Source: the human T2T-CHM13v2.0 reference genome, Homo sapiens. From it: a stretch of DNA of 64,000 bases. The stretch lies in assembly GCF_009914755.1 (NCBI RefSeq), contig NC_060935.1. The stretch is one strand, 5' to 3'. Position numbers and translations under genes: made by a program. Below the pieces are notes generated by a model. It saw only the letters and a program-made list of their open reading frames with translations, had not been told where the DNA came from and did not search any database. Positions 1-12,120 of this stretch are shown piece after piece. Every line of letters starts with the position of its first letter. Within the stretch, counting starts at the first letter, position 1.

Positions 1-25
1 CAGGCGTGAGCCACCGCGCCCGGCC
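1..25 (-). mobile_element. Alu 5' end (element continues left of the window)
   Basis: caggcgtgagccaccgcgcccggcc is the exact reverse complement of the Alu 5' end, CpGs intact. Confidence 0.95.
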
Positions 26-239
26 TCTGGGAACTATCTTATCCACAGACACACTGAATTGTTTTATCTCAGGACATTTGCACTTGTCACCCCATGCCAC
101 CCTTGTGGCTCCTCTTCATTTGGGTCTCCATTTTTACAGCCCCATGTCATAGGCCACCTTGCTTATCATTCCAGTTACTCCTTACTGCATCTCTCTGCTT
201 AGTGCCTGCAGAGTGTTGGCCAACCCCTGGTAGCATCGT

Positions 240-460
240 GTTTATTTGCTTATTTGTTTATTGCTTGTCTCCCCCATTAGACTGTGGGATCTCAGAGGGC
301 ACGGACCTGATCTAGTGGGACCTGATCCAGTTTGTCCCCTGCTGTACCCACAGTGCAGACTTCAGTGCATGGTTGTAATCATGGGTCCAACAGCTTTGGT
401 GAACACATGTTGAGCACCTACTCAACAGCACCAGGCTCTGTGCTAGGAGCTGAGTTGAAT
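240..460. mobile_element. L2 3'-end fragments in opposite orientations
   Basis: tttattgcttgtctcccccattagactgtgggatctcagagggc (+) followed by ttgagcacctact..ccaggctctgtgctaggagctgag (-). Confidence 0.6.
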
Positions 461-828
461 AGCACAGTCTCTGCTTCCTACGAGCTCAGTGTCTCATGGA
501 AGGAGAGCAATAAAAGAGGTGAGAGAGAGAGAAGTGAAGGAGCACAGAGAAAGGAACAAGTGAACCTGTCTTGCAGATGAGGAAAGATCTTCAGTTTGAG
601 GAAAGGAGGATCACACAGTATCTGCAGATGCAAGAAGATACAGGGGATCATGGATGGCTCCCAGGGAGCAGGGAAGGAGCAATGGCATGGAACTTGGAGC
701 AGCAGGGCTCCCTGTGCAATGTTTGAAGCAGCAGAAAATGAGGGAGGTGGAGTAGAGGAGGAAAACTGAGAGACCTTGCATTCCATGCCAGGAAACAGAC
801 CCTAACCTATAGCAAACAGGACCCAAGA

Positions 829-1065
829 GGCAATGTAGACTAGTAGTTAAGATGTAAGCTTTGAAGTTAATTTCAGACCTTGGTTCAAATCTTCACTCTG
901 CCACTTGTGCACTGCATGACTGGCCAGCAATTTCACATCTCTTAACTTCAGTTTTATCATTTTGGAAATGTGGTTAATATTTCCATTGTAGGGCTGTTTT
1001 GAGTGCAAAATAAGTCCTTAGCACAGTGCCTGGGACATAATAAGTGCTTAATAAATCATTGCTAT
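829..1065 (+). mobile_element. MIR SINE
   Basis: agaccttggttcaaatcttcactctgccactt core and agcacagtgcctgggacataataagtgcttaataaa tail. Confidence 0.85.
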
Positions 1066-2104
1066 TCCTGTTGATGTGGTTAACAAGGAGCCAGTAGAGA
1101 TTTTCCAAGCAAATGAAGGACATGATAGATTTGCATTTTAGCAAGATTGTGCAGGCAGGGCTGTGGAGAGTGGCTTGGCAGTGGCTCTGAGGAGATCAGG
1201 TGAGACAGGAACCAGGGAAAACAGGAAGCTGCTGGAATGGAAAGAGAGGCAGAGAAGGGGGTTTGAATCCTGGGACTTGGAGCAGCTACTGTGGGAACCT
1301 TGGTAGCAGGAGATGCACTCATACTTTGCCCTCTGAGTAAGGCTGCAGGGGAGTAGAAGAGGAGTCCCCAGGCCCAACAAGTAATAGCCTAGAGGAGGCC
1401 CAGGTGGGGAACTACAGCTCAGCCTGACCTGGGTTCACTCACCAGCTCACAGCCTTTGCACCTGGGAAGATGCAGCCAGCTTTGCATTTCAGGCCATCCT
1501 CATGGTGAGAAGGGGTGGCTTGCCATTTGTACCGGGTGATATACTTTTAATTAAAATGGTAATTATTTGAGCATTCCTTAAAGGTTTACTTTGGGAATTT
1601 GCCGTCTTGAAAGCTCTGCCTTAATTAGTATTCTATTTATCCCTTATTAATAAATTATCTCTCAGCGGTTTCTTCCACCTCCTTTGATCACAGGGTCTCA
1701 TCATTCCTGAGCTGAACTCCATTCCCTGTTGGCCTTATGGGTTCAGTGGGCCCAATCAAGCCTGATTCAGGGGTTTGAGAATTAAAGTTCTCAATTAACG
1801 CCCAACAGCGTGGGGATCCATCTTCTTGTGGTCCAAATGAGCCCCAGGAAAGCACACAATAAATGTGCCTCCCAGGGTTGAGTATGGGGACCTTCTGGGT
1901 GTAGATCTTTTGCTGAAGCTTCTAGAACAGAGCAGACTGGGCCAAGGCAGTGGCCACAGATACATTAGGACCCAGTATCATAACTAGGAAAACAGAAGCA
2001 GAAGAGCCAATGGGTCAGCTCATAGGCTTCAACCCAGGCTCAGAGGGGGTTAAGTTACTTGATTAGAGTCACAAAGCCAGGTAGTGGAAGATTAGAAAGC
2101 TACA

Positions 2105-2345
2105 ATTTACTTGGCAATGTTACGTGCCAAGTCTTATGTTGAATGCTTTACGTACATGGTCCCTGTTAATCTTCCAAGCCATCTAATGAGGTGTAAGCAG
2201 TTTTGTCTCCAGTTTCCAGAAGAGAAAGCCAAGCCTTAGTGAAGTAAATCAACTTTCCTAGAGCTATCCAGCTAGTCAGAGGCCCAGCTGACATTTTGGT
2301 CAAGCTCTGTTGATTTCAAAGATCTCTCTCTGTCGACTGCACTAT
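2105..2345 (-). mobile_element. MIR SINE
   Basis: ttccagaagagaaagccaagccttagtgaagtaaatcaactttcctagagct antisense MIR core. Confidence 0.7.
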
Positions 2346-2429
2346 GCTGGCTGGATTAGGACTGAAGTGTCCCCACTTGAACACCACTGTACTTTTTTCT
2401 AAGCCCCGTATGGAAGGTGCATTAGATCC

Positions 2430-2592
2430 TTGCTACTGATTGTGGTCCAGGGACCAGCTGTACCAGCTCACTGAAGTACATGTTAAAAATGCAGAATCTC
2501 AGGCCCCACCCCACACCGTGAATCACAATCTGCACTTTGACAAGACTCCCCACCATGTGCCAATACCCATTAAAGTTTGGAAAACAAACTGG
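2430..2592. mobile_element. MER5-type hAT-Charlie DNA transposon relic
   Basis: tgtggtccagggaccagc..tgttaaaaatgcagaatctcaggccccacccc..cattaaagtttggaaa matches MER5A/B. Confidence 0.8.
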
Positions 2593-3235
2593 AGCTTTGA
2601 TATTTGTTCAGCACTTACTACTAATGCTTACAAGCCTTCCAAGATCAATGTTATTCCTATTGAATTGATAAGGAGAAGTTAAGTGACTTGTCCCAGGTCA
2701 TATACCCAACTGGTGGGCAGACTCCAAATGTGGTATCTCTCCTCCCTGACCTGGAGTTCTAGAAGCCGAAGTCTAAGATTATCCACTAGTTCCAGGTTTG
2801 TGTCCTTCACAACCTTCAGGAAATGATAATGGGGGCTGGGAGCCATTCTTACCATTCCCAAAAGCCCAGCTGGTATATTCTACTTGATCATAGTCAGACT
2901 AGAGGGACATGAACTTGGGCACAAACATCTTTTCCATTGACAAGAATTATAGTAGACCAGCATGGTAACTGGTTATTTACTGAAGAGCAGGAGTTCAGAT
3001 TGGCAATTATATATGCTTTTGATTAATAAAAAATAGAGACATTAATTAGTTGCCTTTCAAAAATTCAACTTGTTTAAGAGACAATGTCCTTGTGAGGTCT
3101 ATGGTGGGAAGGAAATTATAAAAAGGGTCCCTGGGGATCTAACAATTCTTCACTTGTGTTGAAAAAGAAATCGAGGAGAACTGCAAGAGAATGTTGATGT
3201 AGGCACTACTATATGTGATATTTTATTTAATTGTA

Positions 3236-3500
3236 TAATAATAATAACTTTTCTAGAGCTATCCAGCTCTAGGTCAATAACAACAACTAATAACAATAAT
3301 AATAATAACAACACCCACCATGAATAAACTGCCCAGTGTGCTAGGTAGTGTTCTAAGCCAACCTCACAACAACCTCACGAGGAAAGTCTAATATTATTAT
3401 CTCCATTTTACAGCTGAGGAAACTGGGACTCAGAGAAATCAAGTAACTTTCCCAAAGCGTACTACAAAATAAATGATGAAGCCTGGATTCAAACCCAAGT
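3236..3500 (-). mobile_element. MIR SINE with (AAT/AAC)n tail
   Basis: attattatctccattttacagctgaggaaactgggactcagagaaatcaagtaactttcccaaag; TAA/CAA repeats at 3236-3312. Confidence 0.85.
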
Positions 3501-3782
3501 CTACCAAGACCCCTTTCTTTTCTCAGTACCAAGCCCTTCCTGCTGCATGGATTTGATTTGCTGTGCAGTGGAAGCTGACAGTCAGTTTCAGTTTATTATT
3601 TCAGTGACAGGCTTTAGAATTGGCTCAGCAGCCACCAAGTGGACTGTGTTCTTTTGCTTCTGCTCTTAAGTGTATTCTAGATATGGTCGCCTTTACTATC
3701 CACTTCCAGACTGGCTTTCCTTAGTTCTAGACACAATCTCACAGGTATATCTGATCTAGTCTAAGTGCTTTTTAAATAAAAT

Positions 3783-3950
3783 AGAACTGGATTCCAGTCC
3801 CTGCTCTGCTACTTTATTGTGACTTGGGCAAGTTATTTAATGTTTTTAAGTCTCAGTTTGTTTATCAGTAAAATGGAAATAATAATAGCACCTGCCTCAT
3901 AGGATATCATGAGGATTAAGAGGTGAAATATTTGTGAAGGACTGGCCTAG
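3783..3950 (+). mobile_element. MIR SINE
   Basis: tgtgacttgggcaagttatttaa..ctcagttt..gtaaaatggaaataataatagcacctgcctcatagg. Confidence 0.85.
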
Positions 3951-4237
3951 GTGATGCATTTTGCAGGGAAAGCACCTGAGTCCCAAAGAAATGAGTAACT
4001 TACCAAGGTCACATGACTGTTATGAGAAGGAGAGTCCAGAACTCAGACCTGGGTTCCTTACTCACAGTTTCTTCTGCAGCACCTATGCTCTGCAGCATGT
4101 CTGATAAGAAAATGCCAGACAGAAAGCAGCTCAGTCCAATAGACTCTCTTGGTTTGTTTTTTCTGGTTCCTATATCTTCAAATGTCATTGATATTGGAAG
4201 GATCCTGGTGAGGTCCAATAACGCAGCCAAGCTGTGA

Positions 4238-4673
<436 letters not shown>

Positions 4674-4751
4674 TTATTTTTCAATTATAACTTTCTTTTT
4701 TTTTTATGCTTTAGTGTCATAGTCTATGTGTTTGTGTTTTATTTATGTATC

Positions 4752-4910
4752 TTTTTAAATTGAACTTTTTAAATCTTGAAATAATTGTGGATTCACATAC
4801 TATTGTAAGAAATAATATGGAGAGATTTTGTGTACCCTTTACCCAGTTTGCTCCAATGGGTAACATCTTGCAAAACTTTAGTGCAATATCACAACCAGGA
4901 TAATGACATT
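4752..4910 (-). mobile_element. Old L1M (L1MC/MD-like) 3'-end fragment, followed by (TA)n at 4911-4929
   Basis: gaaataattgtggattcacata..gtaagaaataatatggagaga..tacccagttt..aacatcttgcaaaac. Confidence 0.7.
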
Positions 4911-5205
4911 TTATATATATATATATATCTTTCCACTATAATTTAAAGGCCACAAATCATGGACTTTGTCTTGTTCAATACAATATTTCCAATACTTAGA
5001 ACAGAGCCTGGCATATAATAGGTACTTGGTAAATGTTTGCTAACAGTATGGCTAAAAATGTAATGCAAGAGCCCTCTGTCATTTCTCATCCCTCTCCCCT
5101 TCCCCTGAACTGTAAATGGTTCTGTGATGCCCAGGCAGCCTTGCCTCTGCAACGTCACAGTTTTCTCTAATTCTACGTACTGAGCCTCATTACGATCAGT
5201 TAGAT

Positions 5206-5680
5206 CAATGGTCTTCAAACTGGGGGTAGATGAAGATTTTCCAAGGGGTGTGCAGGCATGAATAGTTGAAGGGAATCTATTTCCAGATCTCAACTTGTTT
5301 GTCTACTCGTTTTCAAAATTGATCTATCCAAGAAGAAGATCTGTCCAAGAAGGTTTCACAGAGGCCCTTCTCCCACTTGATAAAAAGTAGATCCCTCCTC
5401 CATCCCAAACCTTGTGGTGTGCTTTATCCAATTAGGGTAGCTCAGGCTTGTGTTTTTTTCTAATCACATTGTGAAATACTTATTCTAATTATATTTAATA
5501 TTAATCTTATTTCATTGTAAGAATGTATACAATTTTTCACTCCCTGTTAACACAAAGTAAACTTAGGTACATACATCATGGTAAGTTTTAGAGAGTCGTT
5601 TAACAATGTGCAAAAGAGTCCAAATGTTTTTCAACATTCTTTTTCTTAGGGGATGGGAGCAAAAAGATTGAAGGCCACTG
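5206..5680. mobile_element. hAT-Charlie DNA transposon relic with terminal inverted repeats
   Basis: TIRs caatggtcttcaa (5206) and ttgaaggccactg (ends 5680). Confidence 0.7.
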
Positions 5681-6639
5681 AGACAACACAGCCATTTGGA
5701 AAGCCATTATCAGCTGCCATTTTGATTCAAGATCGAATGTCATGGACATTTTGAAGCCTTTTCATTGCATACTGAATTTGATGCAATCAGTCCTACTCTC
5801 TGAAAAGTTATCAAGAAGCAGGCAGGCTACAAATGCTCAGGGTTGAATAGTTCTCTTGAAAGAGGCCTCACTGTGTTCAGCTGATAATCAAACGAATGGC
5901 TGCATTGAGATAGGTCGTGGAGGGGGACCCACTGCTTCCCCATCTCTTATTCAAGCTTGGGCTCTGTTTCTGTCCCGATAGGAGCACATAATCCCATCAG
6001 TGCCAATGGGAGTTATGTGCCTGCTTTACTGGAGACAATAGGCTGACTGAGAGGGACAATTGTTCCCAGCAACTGAGGGGGTAAACACGATTGAATATTC
6101 CTAGCCACCATCCCTGAAGGGCCAGACTGAGCCCCAAAAGCCCTTTCTTTGTTAGCTTGCAGAGCCAGGGGGCCCCGCCTGCCTTCATCTCCTGCAGTGG
6201 CTGCCACCACCCACCTTCAGTGGCAACTTGTCCCTGAGCTGCTCCTAATGTCCCACCAAGACTGGTTGCCGTCAAGGTCTTCTAGCTCCTCTCCTCCTTG
6301 CTCCTCACTCTTTCTAAAGACAAGCCCAAGGGCCCTTCTCTATTTCATTCTTCACAACAAAATTATCACAACATCAGCAAGAATAATTGCATCCATTTAT
6401 TCTCCACTTACTATTTCCTAGGCACTAAACATTTTATATACATTTGTGCATGTAACTACAAGTACTCATGGTGATTCTGCAAGGTAACTATAATCATTCC
6501 CATTCCCATTAAATGCAGCAAAATGCAGCCTAAAGTAAGTCACACACCTGGTAAGTTGCAGAACCCAGATTTAACCCTCCAACCCTCCCCATCCCCTGCA
6601 GGGGCTATTAGCTCCAAAGTCCATGCTCCAAGTTCTGCT

Positions 6640-7080
6640 ATTTTCCCAAAGTGTGTTTCCTTCAAGACACTCTGAGACAAAGCTTGGAAAATGCTGTAGC
6701 TGCTCCCCCTGACCCAATCCCTTTCTTGGAGATTCCCAATGCACTTTAGTTTATTTTTTAAAAGCTCTGGCCAGGCGTGGTGGTTCATGACTGTAATTAC
6801 AGCTCTTTGGGAGGCCAAGGTGGAAGGATCACAAGGTGGGAGGCAAGGTTGAAATGAGCTGTGATTGTGCCTCTGCACTCCAGCCAGGGTTGCAGAGCAA
6901 AACCCTGTTTCTTAAAAGAAAGACAAGAAAAGAAGAGAAGGGAAAAGGAGGGAAGGGAAGAGAAGACAAGACAAGAGAAGAGAATACAAGAGAAAAGAAA
7001 AGAAAACAATTCTGAGAAATCCTGCAGGAAAGAATCCTGTTAATGTTGCTTAACTTGGTACTTCTCAAGTATTTGTCTTT
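6640..7080 (+). mobile_element. MER103C-like DNA element split by an Alu monomer
   Basis: tttcccaaagtgtgtt..cttggagattcccaatgcactttag..aaagctct, then the Alu, then tctgagaaatcctgcaggaaagaa continues the consensus. Confidence 0.65.
6769..7008 (+). mobile_element. Alu monomer (FRAM/FAM-like or internally deleted AluJ) with purine-rich tail
   Basis: ggccaggcgtggtggttcatgactgtaatt..gtgcctctgcactccagccaggg, about 150 bp, then GA-rich tail to 7008. Confidence 0.85.
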
Positions 7081-8244
7081 TTAAATGTTTGCATAAAACA
7101 CATTAGACTTTGTTAAATGCTAAACTATATTATTATGAGGAGGAGAGATGCTACCTAGAGGAAGTTATACATGTAATTGGTTCTTGCATTCACTGCTACT
7201 GGAACCAGAAGTGGAGGCAGATGAGTTGACCATTGCTCTGGATTTGGGGTGGTGGCAAGGGAATCATAGCAACAGCACATGGCTCCATCTTCCGGCATCT
7301 ACTATCCCACCCTTTCTACCAAAAATGTGACCTGCTTTCCCATGGCAGGGAGAAGACAAATTGTTCTAGAAGACAGGAAAGGAGAGACAGAATGGCTGTG
7401 TTGAAATGATTGTCCTGGGATGGAGCGAAATTTAGGAAGTGAGAGTTTTAATATAGATGAAGGCGTTGGGCCATGTGGCCCATCTTTGGGAACTGCCAGC
7501 CGATGGTTGGCAAATGACAACCCATGTGACTCTGGCTGTCTCTGGGGCCTTCTACAGGAGCAGGCTGAGGCCAGGACTCCTCCACTGTGCCTGTGGTCTC
7601 CTCCTCCCACACAGGGGATGTACTCACAGCTGAGGCCCCTTATCTTTTTGACCCACTTGAGAGAAGGGACAGGGCCTCGGGCATCAGGCAGAGCATAGGC
7701 CCAGGCTGATGTGGGACATGCCACATGCCAAAATGACATGTCATGGGGATTTGTGGGCCTCGCTGGAGCCATTTCCTCCAGGGGGTCATTTTATTTAGTT
7801 CCAATTGGACCCTGTGATTGGTCTCAGCCCTGGGCCACCTGGTGTCCTGGCTCCATATGGCAATGACTAGGAAGATGCCATTTTTCAATTGAAATATGCC
7901 TTGCCTTACTGTGGATCAGTCTGTAATTGCCTTTGGCTGGAAAGGGGCTTTGATTTTTAAAACTAAGCTAGAAAGTAATTTTTCCACTTTTGATTTGCTG
8001 CACTGATGAGTCAGTGTCTTCTCTACTAATTCACACTGAGAGTCACAGCACGGAAAAGACAGTTAGAGTCTTAGAGGTCGGCAAAGCCCACCATTGACCT
8101 CATATGGGAATCCCTTCCACCCACCCTTAACAGATGGTCTTTTAGCCTCTGGCCCAGCACAGCCACAGACGGGGAGCTCACTCTCTCACTGTGCAGACCT
8201 GACTGCTGTTGTCCAATTCTTGGCAAGTTTGATCCCATATGGAG

Positions 8245-8850
8245 CTAATAATGGGTACCCTTTAAGGAACACTCACCACCTGCCAGACACTATGCTAGGC
8301 ATCTTCCATGCCTATCTTATTTAATCTTCATAATAACCCTCTAGGGTAGATACTATAATACGATTATCCCCATTTCTCAGAATGAGTGAAACAAGTCATA
8401 GAGGGTTTAAGGAATTTGTTCATGGCCCCAAGGCAGTAAATGATGGAGTCAGTGAATTGAGGAAGGATCACTCCAGAGCCCGAGCTCTTAAGCACTTTGC
8501 TCCGCTGCCCAGAGTAAGAATAGCTAACATTTGTGGAGTATTTACTAGGGGTCAGGTTCTATACTGAGGGGTTCCATATATACTGTCTCACTTCATTGTA
8601 ACAAGTCATGAAGTAGATTTTATTATGCTCATTTTAGAGATGAGGACCCCAAATGTCCAGAGGTTTTAATTCATCGAAGGTCATAAGCAGAGCTGTTACT
8701 CTAATCCAGGTCATTTTGACCCTAAACACATACTCAATTAATATCTCTAAGTGCTGCCTATAAAATATTCTACAGGTGAGAAAACTGAGATTCAGGAAAC
8801 ATGGAAGTTTGTCAAAGGTCTTGAGCTAGAAGGCAAGAGCCAGGAGGTCC
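8245..8850 (-). mobile_element. Cluster of antisense MIR fragments
   Basis: three repeats of the attatccccatttt.cagatgag.aaactgag-type core near 8365, 8625 and 8770. Confidence 0.7.
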
Positions 8851-9149
8851 GCCTGACTCAGACTGTGAGCACCACCTTGCTCTCCCCTTCACCTGAAACC
8901 CTCCCCTTCCTGGGTACCTCTCCTGCCACCAGGACCACAGAGGAGAAGGCAGGTTCCCTGATCAGGGATGAAGCCCGTTTCCCTTTAATAAGGTTTCCAT
9001 GTCACTGGTTGAGCATGGGTCCAATCACCTAAGTGTGAGAACTGCCTGATTAGAGAAAGTTTATTATCTTTTCCAAATTCTGAGATTCTAAGAGTTCCTT
9101 CACCCATCCTTGGTCATCTTTAAGATAGGGCCATAAAAAGCAATATAAA

Positions 9150-9290
9150 TTTGAAGGTCAGAAAGCCCTGGGTTCAAATCCCTGCTCTGCCATTTCCGAT
9201 ATGGGTGACTTAAAGCAAATTGATTAACCTCGTAGAAGCTCAGTTTCCTTGTCTATAAAGTAGAGATAAAAATGACTGCCTGGTATGGTA
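9150..9290 (+). mobile_element. MIR SINE
   Basis: cctgggttcaaatccctgctctgccattt..ctcagtttccttgtctataaag. Confidence 0.8.
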
Positions 9291-11690
9291 GTCAGTCTTC
9301 CTCTTTTGGAAGTTTGGGCTTCCTGCTGAAAGTCCTTTCAAAATATATCTATGAAGTTCCAGGAACTAGGGCTTGAACTGCCGATGATGCATGCTGTCAA
9401 CCAACGTAACAGTAATCATTGCTATCATCAGTGAAATGTCACTGGGCTTTTTGTGTTTGTTTGCGTGGTCCTGTATCTATTCTTTTTCTTTTATCGCACC
9501 AAATCTCACCTTATCTCACTGACACAGCCTCTCCTCCTCATCTTCCTCTTTTGGGAAAGGTTCAGAATGGCATAGGGATTAAAAAACGTTCAATTTGGAG
9601 TCAGATATTTTGCCATTTTTGACTGTGTAACTTTATCCAAGATAGCTACCCTCTATGAGCTTGCCTTCCTTTGTCTATAAAAAAGGAGTGAAAATACCTA
9701 CCTCCCTTCATAGGATCATTCAGCGTTAAATGAGATACTCATAGCAGGTGTTCAAAAGTTACTTCTCTTTCTCTTCCTTGTCCTCTCTTGTCTCACTTGG
9801 CTAACTCTGAGGCTGACCTCTCAACTGCATCAAATACTATTTGTCACCTCCTCCTCTTCCTCTTATAGCTCCCCAAGTATTTCTAGAGTGGCCATGCTCT
9901 CGGTTTGAGCTGAGGATAATCCATCAATTATTACAATGAATGTGAGTGTACTCTGTAGCCTTGTGAAAAGTATTGTTCAAATGTAAACTACTTATTTTGC
10001 TCTTCCTGGCCAAAGCTTGTGAATATATACTTACTACAACATGATTTGCACTGTATTCATTCAAATAATATTATTGAGCATCTTATGGGTTTGTGGTTCT
10101 CAATACTGTGCCTGGCACATAGTAAGTGCTCAATACATCTTGGATTGCTAAAAAATTATTGAGTGTATGAATGAATATTTCTTTGAAATAGCAATTATGT
10201 TGGCAGAGTTGATTTCCATCAAAACCGAGTGATTGAAGGAGAATGAGAACGAGATGGACTTTGGTCCTAGACTCTCTTGACTCTAATCTCGAGTTCTTTT
10301 CACTATCAGTCTTTCCAATACCAGCAGAATGGGATCCGTGCTGTAAGACAGACACAGGTTTCAAGGGTGACAGTGTAGACTGAGGCCACCATAAAGATCA
10401 GGTTCAGATCTCACATCCCCAAGGCTTACTGGTCAGTACCCCAGTTAGTAGAGTTTGGCATCTAGAGATCTGAGTAGGCATCAAGGCCTGAGCTTCTGCC
10501 TCCTGGATTCTGCCTCCCTGGAGTCCATATTCCACACATGGGAAATTAAAGTCAGGCAGGGATTAGCTGGGCCACATTCCACCCTTGAACACCTGTCTAT
10601 GTTGACAGCTTGGAGTGGGGTACAGAATTCATCCTCTGGAAGAAACAGGGTGTACTGTGCAGCCTCTTCCCAGTTCCTCACCCCCTGGCTGCTTACCTGG
10701 CCACCTTATCCTGCTAGACACAGTGCACAGAAAGCATGGAAAGTAAGAAGGGAATTAGGGACATAAAAGAACGAGCCCCAGCTTTGGAGCCAGCTAGGGC
10801 TGGAGGTGAGCCTGCCCCTGCCACTTCCTAGCTGTTAAGATTGCTGGCAAATCTTCCAAACTGTCTGTCAGCCTAATTTCCTTGAGAGAGAGTAAAGCAA
10901 AGGAATGAGAATCGTAGTACCTGCCTCACCAAAATGTTGCTAGGGTGTCTGTGTCTTGGCTCCACACATGTGGAACACCTAGCAGATGGTTGGGCCAAAG
11001 TAAATGTCCCACTCTCCACCTCTCTACCCTGCTTTCAGCCCCAGAGACAGCAAAGCAAATGTACATTGGAGTTGAGCAGTTGCCTTAATCAAAGACCCTT
11101 TCCCTCCCATGAAGTCGTTCTGGCCTTGCAGTTCTCATTCATTTCTTGTGTACCTGCTGCACACCACAGCCCTCCACGCCAGTGTGGGCATTTATTATTG
11201 GGCGCTCACAGGAGGGTCAAGCTGCTACCCAGACCTAACTGGCAACTGCTGTAAGCTTCATAAGGTGGGCAGATTTGTGTCTCCATACTGCCTCCAGGGG
11301 AGCTTGGTTTGGGCCGGGCAGCCAACTGAATTATTCATGACATGTGTGCTCTCTGTCTTTTTTCCTCCAAGCCTCTTTGGTTTAGAGACTGATATTTGTC
11401 TGCATGTGGCCTCTAAGGACGGCTCCCTTCCTGTGGGAAGACTGCCAGGTGGATGGTGAAAGGAAGAAGGTATGGGGCAGTGGTGTCCCTTTGAGGTGGA
11501 AAGCTTGCCTGGAAGCCTCATTCACTTAAAGGGCTGGCATGGCGCAAATGGGAGTCAGTTTCTCATCAGACAATGTAGCTTGGAGTGAGTAGACTGAATC
11601 AGGAAAGTGGTAGTGCATTTTATTTCCTAGAGGGTACTAAACACTTGGTGAAATAGTAAGAAAACTAAGCACTAGGGAAATCTCCTAAGA

Positions 11691-11897
11691 CGAGCTTGTC
11701 CAACCCGCGGCCCAGGGTGGCTTTAAATGCAGCCCAACACAAATTCTTAAACTTTCTGAAAACACTTTGGGATTTTTTTTGCAGGTTTTTTTTTAGCTCA
11801 TCAGCTATTGTTAGTGTTAGTGTATTTTATGTGTGGCCCAAGACAATGCTTCTTCTTCCAATGTGGCCCAGGGAAGCCAAAAGATTGGACAACCCTG
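11691..11897 (-). mobile_element. MER30 hAT-Charlie MITE
   Basis: ends cgagcttgtccaacccgcgg and aagattggacaaccctg; 8-bp TSD tcctaaga (11683) / acctaaga (11898). Confidence 0.92.
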
Positions 11898-11909
11898 ACC
11901 TAAGAATCT

Positions 11910-12120
11910 TCAGCCTTTTAAGCAGAACTTTTTGGTATTTGTATTGTATTGTAGTTTGTATTATATGCAGTTATAATTGCAGAGTCTATAATCTAATCTA
12001 AATGAAAGCAGAACTGTTCCAAGTAGGTTGGGGTAGGGGGTCTCTTCCTCCACTGATGAAATTTCCCTCAGATGCTTCCAGGGAACCCTAGAATTTCATG
12101 GAGCTCAATTTTAAAACCAA
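11910..12120. mobile_element. Old hAT-Charlie relic (MER112/MER117-like)
   Basis: end gggaaccctagaatttcatggagctcaattttaaaacca resembles these termini. Confidence 0.4.

Noticed and set aside
7712-7745. p53-like CATG repeats and palindrome atgacatgtcat
   Set aside because: Half-sites are imperfect and wrongly spaced; compatible with chance
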